Part shown: piece after piece, positions 63,598 to 64,000 of the stretch
Layout: each line of letters begins with the position of its first letter
Numbering within the stretch: the first letter of the stretch is position 1
DNA from: Marsupella aquatica
Taxonomy: Eukaryota; Plantae; Marchantiophyta
NCBI GenBank assembly: GCA_973895155.1
Contig: OZ316892.1
Location: 11,968,238-12,032,237, forward strand
DNA length: 64,000 nt
Direction: 5' to 3'
Position numbers and translations under genes: made by a program
The notes under the pieces: model-generated
Database searches by the model: none
The model's input: the letters and a program-made list of their open reading frames with translations, nothing else
What the model was told of the DNA's origin: nothing

Positions 63598-64000
63598 TAT
63601 AGCATGCTCATCCTGGAACATGCTTTATTTTTTTTGTCTTGTAGTGATCTGAAAGTAAATAAAATATGAGAGCATAGAAGTGCTGTTATATAAGTAAAGT
63701 GTCTGTCAAGAAAAGCACAATGACCAAGAAAAGGTACACTCAGTCAAATGATGCTACGATGTGTGCACTTAACTCAGGGTGCCTTATGAATGACACTCCT
63801 TTCAATAAAAACCATAAACCTAGGAAAGAAAAACATGAGGAGAACTTAAGAGGCTATGCATTCATGTTCTTCAACATCATTTCTCTCACTTGTGGTGGTG
63901 GAGCCTTTGGTTTCATCTCTAAGAAAACACATACTGTGAAAGGGGGCTGCCAAAATAAGTTCAAAACACTCTAGAATACCTAAAACTAAAGGGGTCTAAA
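63598..64000. mobile_element. Long-target-duplication element, copy C (runs off the window end)
   Basis: Begins TATAGCATGCTCATCCTGGAACATGCTT..TTGTCTTGTAGTGAT. Shares GGGCTGCCAAAAT.AGTTC and AAAGGGGTC.AAA with copy A, and AATGACACTC..AAAACCATAAA.CTAGGA with copy B. Confidence 0.8.

Overview
Eukaryotic, intron-rich land-plant DNA with GT-AG introns of about 100-1000 bp. The protein style suggests a non-seed plant, probably a bryophyte or liverwort (inference). It holds four conserved spliced genes: the 3' part of an RCC1/UVR8-like (RUG-type) gene (+, ends 3973), a 10-exon SBP-box/ankyrin SPL gene of the SPL1/12/14/16 clade (+, 16772-22623), the proteasome ubiquitin receptor RPN13 (+, 29749-33900) and the SWI/SNF subunit SWI3D (-, 56819-62444). 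Between RPN13 and SWI3D is an island of intronless, microbial-looking genes: an aldehyde dehydrogenase (39887-41422) facing three copies (two intact, one pseudogene) of a 130-aa protein of unknown function. This is a candidate horizontally acquired module expanded by local duplication. The intergenic DNA carries several unusual mobile elements: a tiny LTR element (TRIM) whose LTRs contain a tRNA-like gene; a TIR-less, tail-less family (3 copies) flanked by long, variable target duplications of 21 and about 46 bp, one supported by an empty paralogous site; a decayed Crypton-type tyrosine recombinase; a Mutator-like element; and SINE arrays and foldbacks. All assignments come from reading the sequence by eye. 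No database searches were run.
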